Shown here: piece after piece, positions 9,801 to 19,400 of the stretch
How the letters are laid out: the number at the start of each line of letters is the position of its first letter
Numbering within the stretch: the first letter of the stretch is position 1
Sequence record: NC_105433.1
Length of the DNA: 51,374 bases
Strand: one strand, 5' to 3'
From: a phage
Translations under genes and position numbers: made by a program
Notes under the pieces: model-generated
The model's input: only the letters and a program-made list of their open reading frames with translations
Databases searched by the model: none
Told to the model about the DNA's origin: nothing

Positions 9801-10463
9801 ATGCACTTGCCTAATGGTTCTCAAATTTTCATCGGCGTTAATATGGGTGAGCCAATTAGCGCGACTCAAATCAGCAATGCTGATAATCCTGTTTTTACAA
9901 CCGAAAACACTCAAAGCATCAAAAAAGGCGCTTATGTTCTTATTGAAACATCTTCTTGGGGAAAACTTGTTAGTCGAGTGCTTCGAGTTAAGGAAGTATC
10001 AGATAATGTAAGTGTTACTCTTGATGGTGTTAGCACTAAAGATACAAACGTATTTCCAGAAGGACAGAACACAGCAACTTTCCGAGAAGTGAAATCTTGG
10101 GTAGAGGTTCCTTGCGTACAGGATCTTGCGCAGGACGGCGGCGAGCAACAGTATTACACTTATCAGTGTTTGGCTGATGACCAGGAACAGCAGTTGCCGA
10201 CCTACAAGAGCGCCGTTTCTCTTACCTATACTTTCGCGCATGAATATGATAATCCGATTTATCCGATCTTGCGCGAGGCTGAGGAATCCGGCGACGTAAC
10301 CGCTTTGCGTATGTACGTGCCGAAAGCTAAAGAGATGCGTTGCTGGGCTGGCGTATTGTCTTTTAATGACATTCCGCAAACCACTATGAACGAAATGGAA
10401 ACTGTTTCCCTTTCCGTATCTCTGAAAGGTAGATTCACGTTCTTACCTTCTGACGTTAAGTAA
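9801..10463 (+). CDS. Major tail protein (putative)
   Basis: 220 aa; strong RBS aaaggagg; followed by a terminator and then the chaperone and tape measure genes. Confidence 0.6.
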   Translation: MHLPNGSQIFIGVNMGEPISATQISNADNPVFTTENTQSIKKGAYVLIETSSWGKLVSRVLRVKEVSDNVSVTLDGVSTKDTNVFPEGQNTATFREVKSWVEVPCVQDLAQDGGEQQYYTYQCLADDQEQQLPTYKSAVSLTYTFAHEYDNPIYPILREAEESGDVTALRMYVPKAKEMRCWAGVLSFNDIPQTTMNEMETVSLSVSLKGRFTFLPSDVK

Positions 10464-10468
10464 AACAA

Positions 10469-10490
10469 GGGGCGTTGCGCCCCTTTTTTC
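10469..10490 (+). terminator. Intrinsic terminator after the major tail gene
   Basis: ggggcg-ttg-cgcccc followed by tttttt. Confidence 0.65.
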
Positions 10491-10529
10491 ATTCCTGTAA
10501 AATCAATCTATCAAATAAATTAATTCCAC

Positions 10530-10549
10530 TTTTAACAAAAAGTGCTATA
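10530..10549 (+). promoter_or_regulatory. Reverse-oriented conserved box abutting the RBS of the tail chaperone gene
   Basis: ttttaacaaaaagtgctata followed directly by aaggag and the ATG at 10563. Confidence 0.35.
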
Positions 10550-10562
10550 AGGAGATCTTGAG

Positions 10563-10880
10563 ATGGCAAAGATGAAACTAACGTTAGGCCCACTGCCTGA
10601 TTTTAAACTGCCTGTTTCTTTCGTGCTTCCAAATGGTGATGAGCAAGTTATTGTTTTCACTGTGCGCCACAAGAAGGCAAGCGAGATTCACGAACGATAC
10701 ACGGCAGAAAAGCCGATGAGCGACGTAGAAATGATCACCTTCCTTGCTTCCGGTTGGGATCTGGAAGATGAATTTAACGAGGAAAACGTTGCTAAATTGC
10801 TGGATTATTACCCTTCTGCGTCATTATCGCTGACTGGTCATTATATGAAAGCACTTGCGGGGCAGCGGGTAAAAAACTAA
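10563..10880 (+). CDS. Tail assembly chaperone (lambda gpG-like)
   Basis: 105 aa, directly upstream of the tape measure gene; ends just after a slippery heptamer. Confidence 0.7.
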   Translation: MAKMKLTLGPLPDFKLPVSFVLPNGDEQVIVFTVRHKKASEIHERYTAEKPMSDVEMITFLASGWDLEDEFNEENVAKLLDYYPSASLSLTGHYMKALAGQRVKN

Positions 10881-11197
10881 AGCGGGCGGTTTACCTGTTT
10901 TACCTCAAGCCGCCAACTGACGCACAATTAGAGGCCGTCGGCCTATCCCGTTCAGACTACGAAGGGGAGGAGCCGCCGGAGGTAATTTTTGATGAATCAA
11001 TGTTTCAATCTTGGGATCTGTTTTGCGCCATGCAGACGCAATGGAGATCGACTAGCGGCAGCGTGTATGGGTTCGACTATAACGTTTTGCCCATGCTTTT
11101 TGATATTTACAAGATTGATGATCGTGAGATGGCGCTAAATGATTTGCGCATCATGGAACAAAAGGCGCTAGAAATGATTCATTCAAACAAAACATAA
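10563..11197 (+). CDS. Tail assembly chaperone frameshift fusion (gpGT-like), -1 shift at 10871-10877
   Basis: The -1 frame continues 10871 to 11197 (covering ORF 11000..11197) and ends 40 nt before the tape measure start. Confidence 0.6.
10871..10877 (+). other. Slippery heptamer A_AAA_AAC for programmed -1 ribosomal frameshift
   Basis: aaaaaac in frame as gtA AAA AAC TAA; the -1 frame is open from here to 11197 with no stop. Confidence 0.65.
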
Positions 11198-11218
11198 GCG
11201 CCGCGAGGCGCTTTTTTA
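11197..11218 (+). terminator. Hairpin plus T-run between the chaperone and tape measure genes
   Basis: agcgcc-gcga-ggcgct followed by tttttt. Confidence 0.45.
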
Positions 11219-11236
11219 ATATCTGGAGGTTTTAAA

Positions 11237-13918
11237 ATGGCTGAAAAATACGCTGGCCTAACGCTAGGCGTTGACGTGTCGCAGGTCAACAATGCTGTTA
11301 AATCATTGCAGCAATTCAAGAAGGCAAACGACGACGCAAAAAAAAGCGTTAATGAATTTGTTGATTCTGAGGTTGTTGCCCGACAGCAAGCAAAACAGCT
11401 TGCCGAAGAACTGGCGCGCCAGAAAGCAGAATTTAAGAAAATCCAGGAGTCAATTGATCCCACTGCATCAAAGATGGATAAGCTGCGAAAGGCAGCGACA
11501 CAGCTTGATGCGCTATGGAAAAAGGGCGTTGTTCCTGATCAGACTTTTTTTGAGCTTGGGGCAATTCTTGAGACGCAGCAAAACAAGCTGATCGCAACCA
11601 AAAAAGCGATGACAGAGGAAGGTCGCGCGGCGCTTGAGGAATCAAAGAACAAGGCGCGTGCAGCGGAAGAGGCTAAAAAATTCGTCCAGGCTTTGCGTGA
11701 GCAGGAAGAAGCAGCAGGAAAAAGCAAGTCTGAATTGCTGGAAATGAAAGCGGCACAGCTTGGAGTTAGCCAGGAGGCAGCACCTTACATCGCAAGGCTG
11801 AAAGAGCAGGAAAAGCAGATCCAGAAACTTGGGATTTCTACAGGCCAATACAAACAAGCAATGGCGCAATTGCCAATGCAGATCACAGACGTGGTGACTT
11901 CACTTGCTTCTGGTATGCCCGTTTGGTTGGTCGCAGTCCAGCAGGGTGGACAGATCAAGGATTCTTTTGGTGGCGCATCCAATGCTTTAAAAGCGTTGCT
12001 ATCTTTCCTGAATCCGGTAAACGTGGCGTTTGGTTTGCTTTCCGGCACGCTGGCAATTGCTGCATATAATGCCCACAAAGCACAGACAGAGCTTGAGGCA
12101 ATTAAAAAAACCGTTCAGGAAACAACTGGCTTGAGTGGTGAGTTTGCCGAAAAGATTGCTATAGGAATCCAGGAGCTTTCCGACAAGACAGGCGAAAGCG
12201 CCGAAGATCTGGCAAAGGCTTACATCACCACGAAAGACGGCGCGAGCGAGGCGATTAAAAAACTGGTTGACGTTGGAATGACTTATGATGACGCAAAAAA
12301 GAAAGTCAACGAGTACAAGGGCGCGTCTAGCTTTGTCAGCTTGAATAACGAAATTGCAAACCACAAAAACAAAGTCCTTGAGTTGGGCGAGTCGTGGTAT
12401 GAAGTTTTGAAAGCTAAGCGTGATTACGCTTCCCCGTCCGGCGGCCTGTTAGGTAAAGAGCTTGGCTATGTTAATCCTATGCTTAAGTTTGCACTTAACA
12501 CTTATGAAGACATTGGAAAGGTCGTAAAAGATGCGAATAAGGACATGGCGGAGCGAGCGGAGCGAATCGACAAAGAAAACTTGTCATTAAACAGAGTGAG
12601 AGCGGCGCAAGAGGCTTTAAACAAAGCCATTGAGGATCAGAAGGGCGTGGCGCGTTCGGCTGATGAAGAACTGAAAAAGCGCGCGGCTGAAAACGTGGAG
12701 TTCAGACGCAAAGAGCTTGAGGAGATCAAGAAGCAGGAGCAGAAAAAGAAAGAGGCTAAATGGGGAATAGTTCGCGGACCTACTGAGCAGCTTGATAAAG
12801 AGTTGTACGTTTTAAAAGCGCAACTGGAAACTCTTAAAGAGCATCGCACTGTTAACGATGTTATTTCTCGCCAGCGTAAATCTTTATGGAGCATCGAAAA
12901 GCAGATCGAGATCCTAGAGAATGCGCAGAGCAAGCGTAAATTGACCGGAGCGGAACAGGCGCTACTAAACGAGCAAAAAGCCGTTCTTGAAATGGCAAGA
13001 CAAAAAGCGGAGCTAGGGGATCAGATTGTTTTGCAGGAGCGCAAAAACAAACTGGAGCAAGATAGTCTTAAGTTTATCCGTGAAACGGAGGCGGCTATTG
13101 ATGCGATTGGCCTTAAGCAACTTGGCTACACTGAAAAGCAGATCGAGCGTGAGCTAGAGTTACGCAAGCTGCGCACCGACTACGAGGCGCAAGGCGGAAG
13201 CGTTAGCGACGAAGTTTTTCAGCAAATGGAGACGAAACTTAAGCTGTATTACCAGGCACAAGACGAGGCGCAAGGCAACTGGTTAGCCGGAGCAAAGAAC
13301 GCATGGGAGCTATTCGCGGAAGATGCAAACAATGCCTATGGCAATGTTCAGCAGATTGCAAGCGAGGCGTTAAACGGCCTTACAAACCAATTAGCGAATT
13401 TTATCGCTACTGGCAAGGCAAACTTTAAAGACTTCTCGACGGCTATCATCAAAATGATTATTCAGATGATCACGAAAATGGTTGTCTTTAATGCGTTATC
13501 TGGCCTGATGGGTGGTCAAACCTGGACGATGGGGAGCTTGCTTAAGAATATTGGCGGATTTGCTGGCGGTGGATACACTGGCGATGGCGGGAAGTATGAG
13601 CCAGCCGGAATTGTTCATAAGGGTGAATTTGTCATGACGAAGGAGGCAACGCAGCGTATCGGAGTAGGCAACTTGTACCGCATGATGCGAGGCTATGCTA
13701 ACGGCGGCGTTGTTGGTGGTTCCGGCTATACTGGCGGTGGCACTGTCACTGGTGGAGCACCTCAATTTAACATCGGCGGGATTGATGTTAGCATCACTAA
13801 CGGCAACGATCCGAAGGGCATCGAAACTGGTGTTAAGATGATCTTTACTGATATGATTAAGCGTTCCTGTATGCAGGGCGGCGAGGTTTACGAATTTGTT
13901 ATGAGCAAGCGAGGTTGA
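11237..13918 (+). CDS. Tail tape measure protein
   Basis: 893 aa; long Ala/Lys/Glu/Gln-rich coiled-coil region; Gly-rich C-terminal segment; RBS ggagg; canonical position. Confidence 0.9.
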   Translation: MAEKYAGLTLGVDVSQVNNAVKSLQQFKKANDDAKKSVNEFVDSEVVARQQAKQLAEELARQKAEFKKIQESIDPTASKMDKLRKAATQLDALWKKGVVPDQTFFELGAILETQQNKLIATKKAMTEEGRAALEESKNKARAAEEAKKFVQALREQEEAAGKSKSELLEMKAAQLGVSQEAAPYIARLKEQEKQIQKLGISTGQYKQAMAQLPMQITDVVTSLASGMPVWLVAVQQGGQIKDSFGGASNALKALLSFLNPVNVAFGLLSGTLAIAAYNAHKAQTELEAIKKTVQETTGLSGEFAEKIAIGIQELSDKTGESAEDLAKAYITTKDGASEAIKKLVDVGMTYDDAKKKVNEYKGASSFVSLNNEIANHKNKVLELGESWYEVLKAKRDYASPSGGLLGKELGYVNPMLKFALNTYEDIGKVVKDANKDMAERAERIDKENLSLNRVRAAQEALNKAIEDQKGVARSADEELKKRAAENVEFRRKELEEIKKQEQKKKEAKWGIVRGPTEQLDKELYVLKAQLETLKEHRTVNDVISRQRKSLWSIEKQIEILENAQSKRKLTGAEQALLNEQKAVLEMARQKAELGDQIVLQERKNKLEQDSLKFIRETEAAIDAIGLKQLGYTEKQIERELELRKLRTDYEAQGGSVSDEVFQQMETKLKLYYQAQDEAQGNWLAGAKNAWELFAEDANNAYGNVQQIASEALNGLTNQLANFIATGKANFKDFSTAIIKMIIQMITKMVVFNALSGLMGGQTWTMGSLLKNIGGFAGGGYTGDGGKYEPAGIVHKGEFVMTKEATQRIGVGNLYRMMRGYANGGVVGGSGYTGGGTVTGGAPQFNIGGIDVSITNGNDPKGIETGVKMIFTDMIKRSCMQGGEVYEFVMSKRG

Positions 13919-13920
13919 TA

Positions 13921-14271
13921 ATGAAGCTGGATCAGTTTAAGTGGTGTACGCAGGTTCAGAATGGCGGCGGGGCCATGACGTCATCGAATAACGATCGAGA
14001 GATTGCATTCGGTAACGGATACACACAGGTAGCATCTGGAGGTTTTAACACAATCCGGCGAGAGTTCAGCATTGTTTACGCTGGGCTTGATTACAGAGAT
14101 GTTGTCAAGTTCCTGAATGAGCACAGGCTAAAACCTTTCTTGTGGATCATGCCAGATGGAAGCCCTGGATTGTTTAGGGTGAAAAGCGGTAGCGTCGGCC
14201 TTACTCCATTGTCGCCAACCGTTCAGGAAGTAAAAGCCACTTTTACGGAACAATTTACATCAATGCAGTAA
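13921..14271 (+). CDS. Minor tail protein (lambda gpM-like, putative)
   Basis: ORF frame 13915..14271 begins at a TTG; first ATG is at 13921 with RBS gagg; about 116 aa after the tape measure gene. Confidence 0.5.
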   Translation: MKLDQFKWCTQVQNGGGAMTSSNNDREIAFGNGYTQVASGGFNTIRREFSIVYAGLDYRDVVKFLNEHRLKPFLWIMPDGSPGLFRVKSGSVGLTPLSPTVQEVKATFTEQFTSMQ

Positions 14272-14275
14272 TTTA

Positions 14276-14313
14276 AAGCCGCCCTTGTGCGGCTTTTTTC
14301 TTGATGTTACAAT
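14276..14313 (+). promoter_or_regulatory. Composite terminator with embedded sigma70-like promoter (TTGTGC, 17 nt, TACAAT)
   Basis: Hairpin aagccgc-ccttgt-gcggctt plus T-run; -35-like ttgtgc lies in the 3' stem and tacaat at about 14308-14313; RBS aaggagg precedes the ATG at 14334. Confidence 0.4.
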
Positions 14314-14333
14314 GAGCAAAAAGGAGGTAGAAA

Positions 14334-15095
14334 ATGGCTAATAAAGAATCAGGTAGAGTTGAATTTGAGAACTGCCTACAAAGTTTGTACCCAGGTGAAA
14401 TTATAACGCTTGTAGAGATTGACGGGACGAAGTTCGGGGCAAATATTTACCGATTTCACAATGAGAACATCTCTTATACTGCCGAAGAATTAATGCAAGC
14501 GCAGCAAACCGGAATCTTGCCGCCGAAAGATATTATTTTTCAGGGTGAGGTTTACGGAGCGCGGCCTTTCGGTGTGAGCGGGATTAACTTCACAAGTAAC
14601 GGCAGGGCAGATAAGCCTCAGCTTATAGTGTCAAACCTTGACAGCAGGGTTAGCGCCATGATCAGAAACTACAATGGCATGATGCAAGCAAAGGTGACTT
14701 TCTGGATTACGGCAAAGGAATTTATAGGAGAAGGCGGAGCAATCAAAGATGGCGCTTACAGAAAATTGGTTTATTACATTGAGCGCCCAAGCCAGTATAA
14801 TAGAGAGGTGGCGAAATTTGATCTGACATCGCCTTACGATATGGATGGATTAATGATCCCGCCGCGCATCACTCAAAGCGTTTGCTATTGGGCGCAAAGG
14901 GGGTGGTACAGGAGCGGAAAGGGTTGCTCTTATAACGGATCGGCAATGTTCGATAAAGACAATAAGCCAGTAACAGATCCATCACAAGACTATTGCGCAG
15001 GAACTGTAACGGCTTGCAAATTGAGATTCGGTAAGCAAAACGAGTTGGATTTCGGCGGCTGTGCGGTGGCATCACTGCTACGGAGGAATCAATAA
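14334..15095 (+). CDS. Minor tail protein L (lambda gpL-like)
   Basis: 253 aa; position between M-like and K-like genes; C-terminal Cys cluster. Confidence 0.7.
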   Translation: MANKESGRVEFENCLQSLYPGEIITLVEIDGTKFGANIYRFHNENISYTAEELMQAQQTGILPPKDIIFQGEVYGARPFGVSGINFTSNGRADKPQLIVSNLDSRVSAMIRNYNGMMQAKVTFWITAKEFIGEGGAIKDGAYRKLVYYIERPSQYNREVAKFDLTSPYDMDGLMIPPRITQSVCYWAQRGWYRSGKGCSYNGSAMFDKDNKPVTDPSQDYCAGTVTACKLRFGKQNELDFGGCAVASLLRRNQ

Positions 15096-15826
15096 TGATT
15101 AGTGCAAAAATTAAACTTGAAATAATGCAGCACGTTAAAGAGGAATACCCTAAAGAGGCTTGCGGCGTCATAACTCAAAAGTCACGGGTACAGAAATATC
15201 ACCGCATAACCAACGTTCATGACGATCCAGAAAATCATTTTGAAATGGACGCCGTAGAATACGCTGAATCGCTCGACAAAGGCGAATTAATCGCGGTGGT
15301 GCATTCCCATTGCGGGGATGGTGCTAGCACGATACCGAGCGCGCACGACTCATGTATGTGCGATGAAATGGGTGTGTCGTGGATTATAGTGTCATGGCCC
15401 GAAGGTGATATGAGAATTGTCGAGCCGCAGGAGAGGCCGCTTATCGGTCGCCCGTGGTCGCTGGGGTCGTTCGATTGCTGGGGTCTTATCATGGCATGGC
15501 ATAAACAGCACGGAGTAGTATTGAATGACTTCCGAAAGCCTTACGAGTGGTGGAGGTCAGAATATGGTGAAAATCTTTACCAGGATAATTATTTGAAAGA
15601 GGGATTTGTTGAAACTAACGAGCCTCCAAAACCTGGTGATATGGTGATTATGCAGCTATCATCGTCAGTCTGGAATCATGCGGGGATTTATTTGGGTAAC
15701 AATCAGCTATTACATCATGCGTTTGGAAAGCTATCTCGCATTGACTTGTATTCTGGATGGTATCAGGAGCACACTGTAAAAATTTGCCGACATAAGGATC
15801 TGAAATATGACATTGAAAGTAATTAA
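15095..15826 (+). CDS. Tail assembly protein K (JAB/MPN plus NlpC/P60 domains)
   Basis: 243 aa; HSHCGDGASTIPSAHD metalloprotease-like motif and a Cys/His segment (FDCWGL ... H); ATGA overlap with the L gene. Confidence 0.75.
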   Translation: MISAKIKLEIMQHVKEEYPKEACGVITQKSRVQKYHRITNVHDDPENHFEMDAVEYAESLDKGELIAVVHSHCGDGASTIPSAHDSCMCDEMGVSWIIVSWPEGDMRIVEPQERPLIGRPWSLGSFDCWGLIMAWHKQHGVVLNDFRKPYEWWRSEYGENLYQDNYLKEGFVETNEPPKPGDMVIMQLSSSVWNHAGIYLGNNQLLHHAFGKLSRIDLYSGWYQEHTVKICRHKDLKYDIESN

Positions 15827-16403
15827 GCTATCTGGTTCCCTGGGGCGTAGATTTGGCGTCTTTCACAAAATGGCGGTTGACTCATACCCCGAAGCAATAC
15901 GCGCGTTATCTTCCCAGGTTGAAGGGTTCAAAGACTACATGCAAAGCGAAGTAGGATCGCGCATGAAATACGCTGTATTCGTTGACGGTAAAAACATTGG
16001 TCAGCATGATGAAAAATCATGGAAGTGCGCGCGAGAGGTTCGAATAGTTCCTGTTCCAACTGGTTCTAAGTCCGGCGGCCTGTTCAATGTTGTTTTTGGT
16101 GCTGTAATTATGGCTACTGCGTTCATTACTGGCGGTGGAAGCCTGGCGCTTATGGGCGCTTTTGCATCTTCCGCATTTATGATGGGTGGTGCTATAGCGC
16201 TTGGCGGTGTCATGCAAATGATCTCACCGCAGCAGGGCGGAATGAAACTGCAAAGCCAATCAGCAGAAAACAAGCCTTCTTACGCTTTCGGCGGCGCAGT
16301 AAATACCACGGCGGCAGGTTATCCGGTTCCTTTACCATATGGATATAGGACAGTAGGCGGCGCGATCTGGTCGGCTGGCAGCTACGCAGAAGATAAAGCA
16401 TAA
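15807..16403 (+). CDS. Tail assembly protein I (lambda gpI-like)
   Basis: 198 aa; overlaps the K gene; Gly/Ala-rich hydrophobic C-terminal half; precedes the J-like gene. Confidence 0.6.
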   Translation: MTLKVIKLSGSLGRRFGVFHKMAVDSYPEAIRALSSQVEGFKDYMQSEVGSRMKYAVFVDGKNIGQHDEKSWKCAREVRIVPVPTGSKSGGLFNVVFGAVIMATAFITGGGSLALMGAFASSAFMMGGAIALGGVMQMISPQQGGMKLQSQSAENKPSYAFGGAVNTTAAGYPVPLPYGYRTVGGAIWSAGSYAEDKA

Positions 16404-16408
16404 AAAAA

Positions 16409-16445
16409 TACCCGCCTTGCGCGGGTTTTTTTGTGCCTTTATAAT
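16409..16445 (+). promoter_or_regulatory. Composite terminator with embedded sigma70-like promoter (TTGCGC, 17 nt, TATAAT)
   Basis: cccgc-cttgc-gcggg hairpin followed by ttttttt; tataat at about 16440-16445 with ttgcgc 17 nt upstream inside the hairpin. Confidence 0.4.
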
Positions 16446-16481
16446 GTTCAAACCAAGAAACAGCACAAAAGGTTAAAAGTC

Positions 16482-19400
16482 ATGGCTAAATATATGATAA
16501 GCGGCAGTAAGGGCGGAAGCAAAAAGCCATACGTGCCAAAAGAGATGGAAGATAACCTGATCTCGATAAACAAGATTAAAGTTTTGCTGGCTGTATCTGA
16601 TGGCGAGTGCGATCCAAATTTCACGTTGCGCGATCTTTATCTTGATGATGTTCCGGTTATTGCCAGCGATGGCACTGTTAACTACGAGGGAGTTACGGCT
16701 GAATATCGACCAGGTACGCAGACGCAAGATTACATCCAGGGGTTTACTGACACATCAAGCGAGGTGACAGTTTCGCGAGATATTACAGCAGACAATCCTT
16801 ATGTTATATCTGTGACAAACAAAAATCTTTCTGCAATCAGAATCAAGATTCTGATGCCAGTTGGCATGAAGCAGGAGGATAACGGCGATCTTGTTGGCGT
16901 AAGGGTTCAATATGCCGTAGATATGGCTGTTGATGGCGGTTCTTATAACGAGGTTATGAGAGATGTAATTGACGGCAAGACGAGATCAGGATATGACCGC
17001 AGCAGAAGGATTGATCTTCCTAAGTTTGATGAGCGCGTTTTAATCAGGGTCAAGCGACTGACTCCAGACAGCACATCTTCAAAGGTGACTGATAAAATCA
17101 AACTGCAAAGTTACGCTGAGGTTGTGGATGCAAAATTCCGTTATCCTCTGACTGGCCTTGTATTCGTAGAATTTGACAGCGAATTGTTTCCTACGCAAAT
17201 CCCTAACATTTCTATAAAAAAGAAATGGAAGATTATTAATGTGCCAAGCAACTATGATCCAATATCAAGAGAATATCACGGGTCATGGGATGGGACTTTT
17301 AAAAAAGCGTGGTCAAATAATCCTGCTTGGGTTCTTTATGATCTGGTAACGAATCAGCGTTATGGGCTTGACCAGCGAGAGTTAGGAATACAGATCGACA
17401 AGTGGAGCTTATACGAGGCAGGCGTTTACTGCGATCAGAAAGTTCCAGACGGTAAGGGCGGTACAGAGCCTCGCTACCTATGCGATGTGGTGATTCAGAA
17501 TCAAGTTGAGGCTTATCAGCTAATCCGTGACATTTGCTCAATCTTTCGCGGAATGAGCTTTTGGAATGGTGAGAGCTTATCAATCGTGATTGATAAGCCG
17601 CGCGATCCATCATACGTGTTTACTAATGAAAACGTCATCAACGGTGATTTTCAGTACACAACCGCAAGCGAAAAAAGCATGTACACGCAATGTAATGTGA
17701 CGTTTGACGACGAACAAAACATGTATCAACAGGACGTCGAGGGGGTTTTTGATACTGAGGCGGCATTACGATTTGGATACAATCCAACAAGCATTACAGC
17801 GATCGGATGTACACGCAGGAGCGAAGCGAATCGTCGCGGTCGGTGGGTTTTGAAAACAAACCTTAGAAGCACTACTGTAAACTTTGCTACTGGACTGGAG
17901 GGGATGATTCCATCAATAGGTGATGTGATTGCTATCGCAGATAATTTTCAGAGCAGCAACCTAACGTTAAACCTATCGGGCCGAGTGATGGAAGTTTCAG
18001 GATTGCAGGTTTTCGTTCCGTTTAAGGTTGATGCTCGTCCTGGTGATTTTATTATCATCAACAAGCCGGACGGCAAGCCAGTTAAGCGAACGATCTCAAA
18101 GGTGAGCGCAGACGGAAAAACCATTGAGTTAAATATTGGCTTTGGTTTTGATGTTAAGCCTGATACTGTTTTTGCGATTGACCGTACTGACCTTGCGTTG
18201 CAGCAATACGTTGTGACAACTATCAGCAAGGGTGATGACGAAAACGAGTTTACCTATTCAATCACGGCTGTAGAGTACGATCCGAACAAATACGACGAGA
18301 TTGATTATGGAGTAAACATTGATGACAGGCCAACTTCAATTGTTCAGCCTGACGTGATGGCAGCGCCTGAGAACGTGCAGATCTCTTCTTATTCTCGCGT
18401 CGTGCAGGGTGTAAGCGTTGAAACTATGGTTGTGTCGTGGGAAAAAGTGCCTTATGCGTCACTGTATGAAATGCAATGGCGAAAAGGTGATGGCAACTGG
18501 CTGAATACGCCGCAGACAGCTAACAAAGAGATAGAGGTAGAAGGGATTTACTCGGGGAACTATCAAGTAAGGGTTAGATCTGTTTCTGCAAGCGGGAACA
18601 CTTCCCCGTGGTCAAAGATTGCAACCGCCACCCTGACAGGTAAAGTTGGCGAGCCAGGGGCGCCGATTAATCTTACAGCTTCTGATAATGAAGTTTTTGG
18701 CATTCGTGTCAAATGGGGTATGCCGGAAGGATCAGGCGATACGGCTTACATTGAGCTTCACCAATCGCCAGACGGAACGGTTGAAAACTCAAGCCTGCTT
18801 ACGCTGATTCCATATCCTCAATATGAGTATTGGCATAGCACGTTACCAGCGGGTCAAGTTGTATGGTATAGAATCCGTAGCGTTGACAGGATCGGCAACG
18901 TTTCCGGCTGGACTGACTTTGTTCGCGGCATGGCGTCAGATGATGTTGAATCTGTTTTAGGCGACATTCTGGACAAGATTTTTGATACCGAAGCGGGTCA
19001 AGAAATCAAAGAGAACGCCATAGACAGTGCAAACAAAATCAAAGATCAGGCGCAATCAATCATCCAGAACGCATTGGCAAACGATGCTGATGTGAAGTGG
19101 ACGCGAGTACAAAACGGAAAGCGTAAGGCTGAATATGGTCATGCACTGGAGCTTATTGCTAACGAAACGGAGGCGCGAGTAACTCAAATCGAAGAGTTAA
19201 AGGCGTCAATTGATGAAGATATAGTTTCAAGTATCAAAACCGTTCAGGAAGCGATTGCCAATGAATCAGAGACGCGAGCTACTCAAGTGCAGCAGCTTGA
19301 TTCTAAATTTACGAAGGAAATAGACGGCGTAAAACGAGATACGGCTGCAAGCATTGGCGAGGTAAGGCAAACCATTACCAATGAATCAGAAGCGCGCGCT

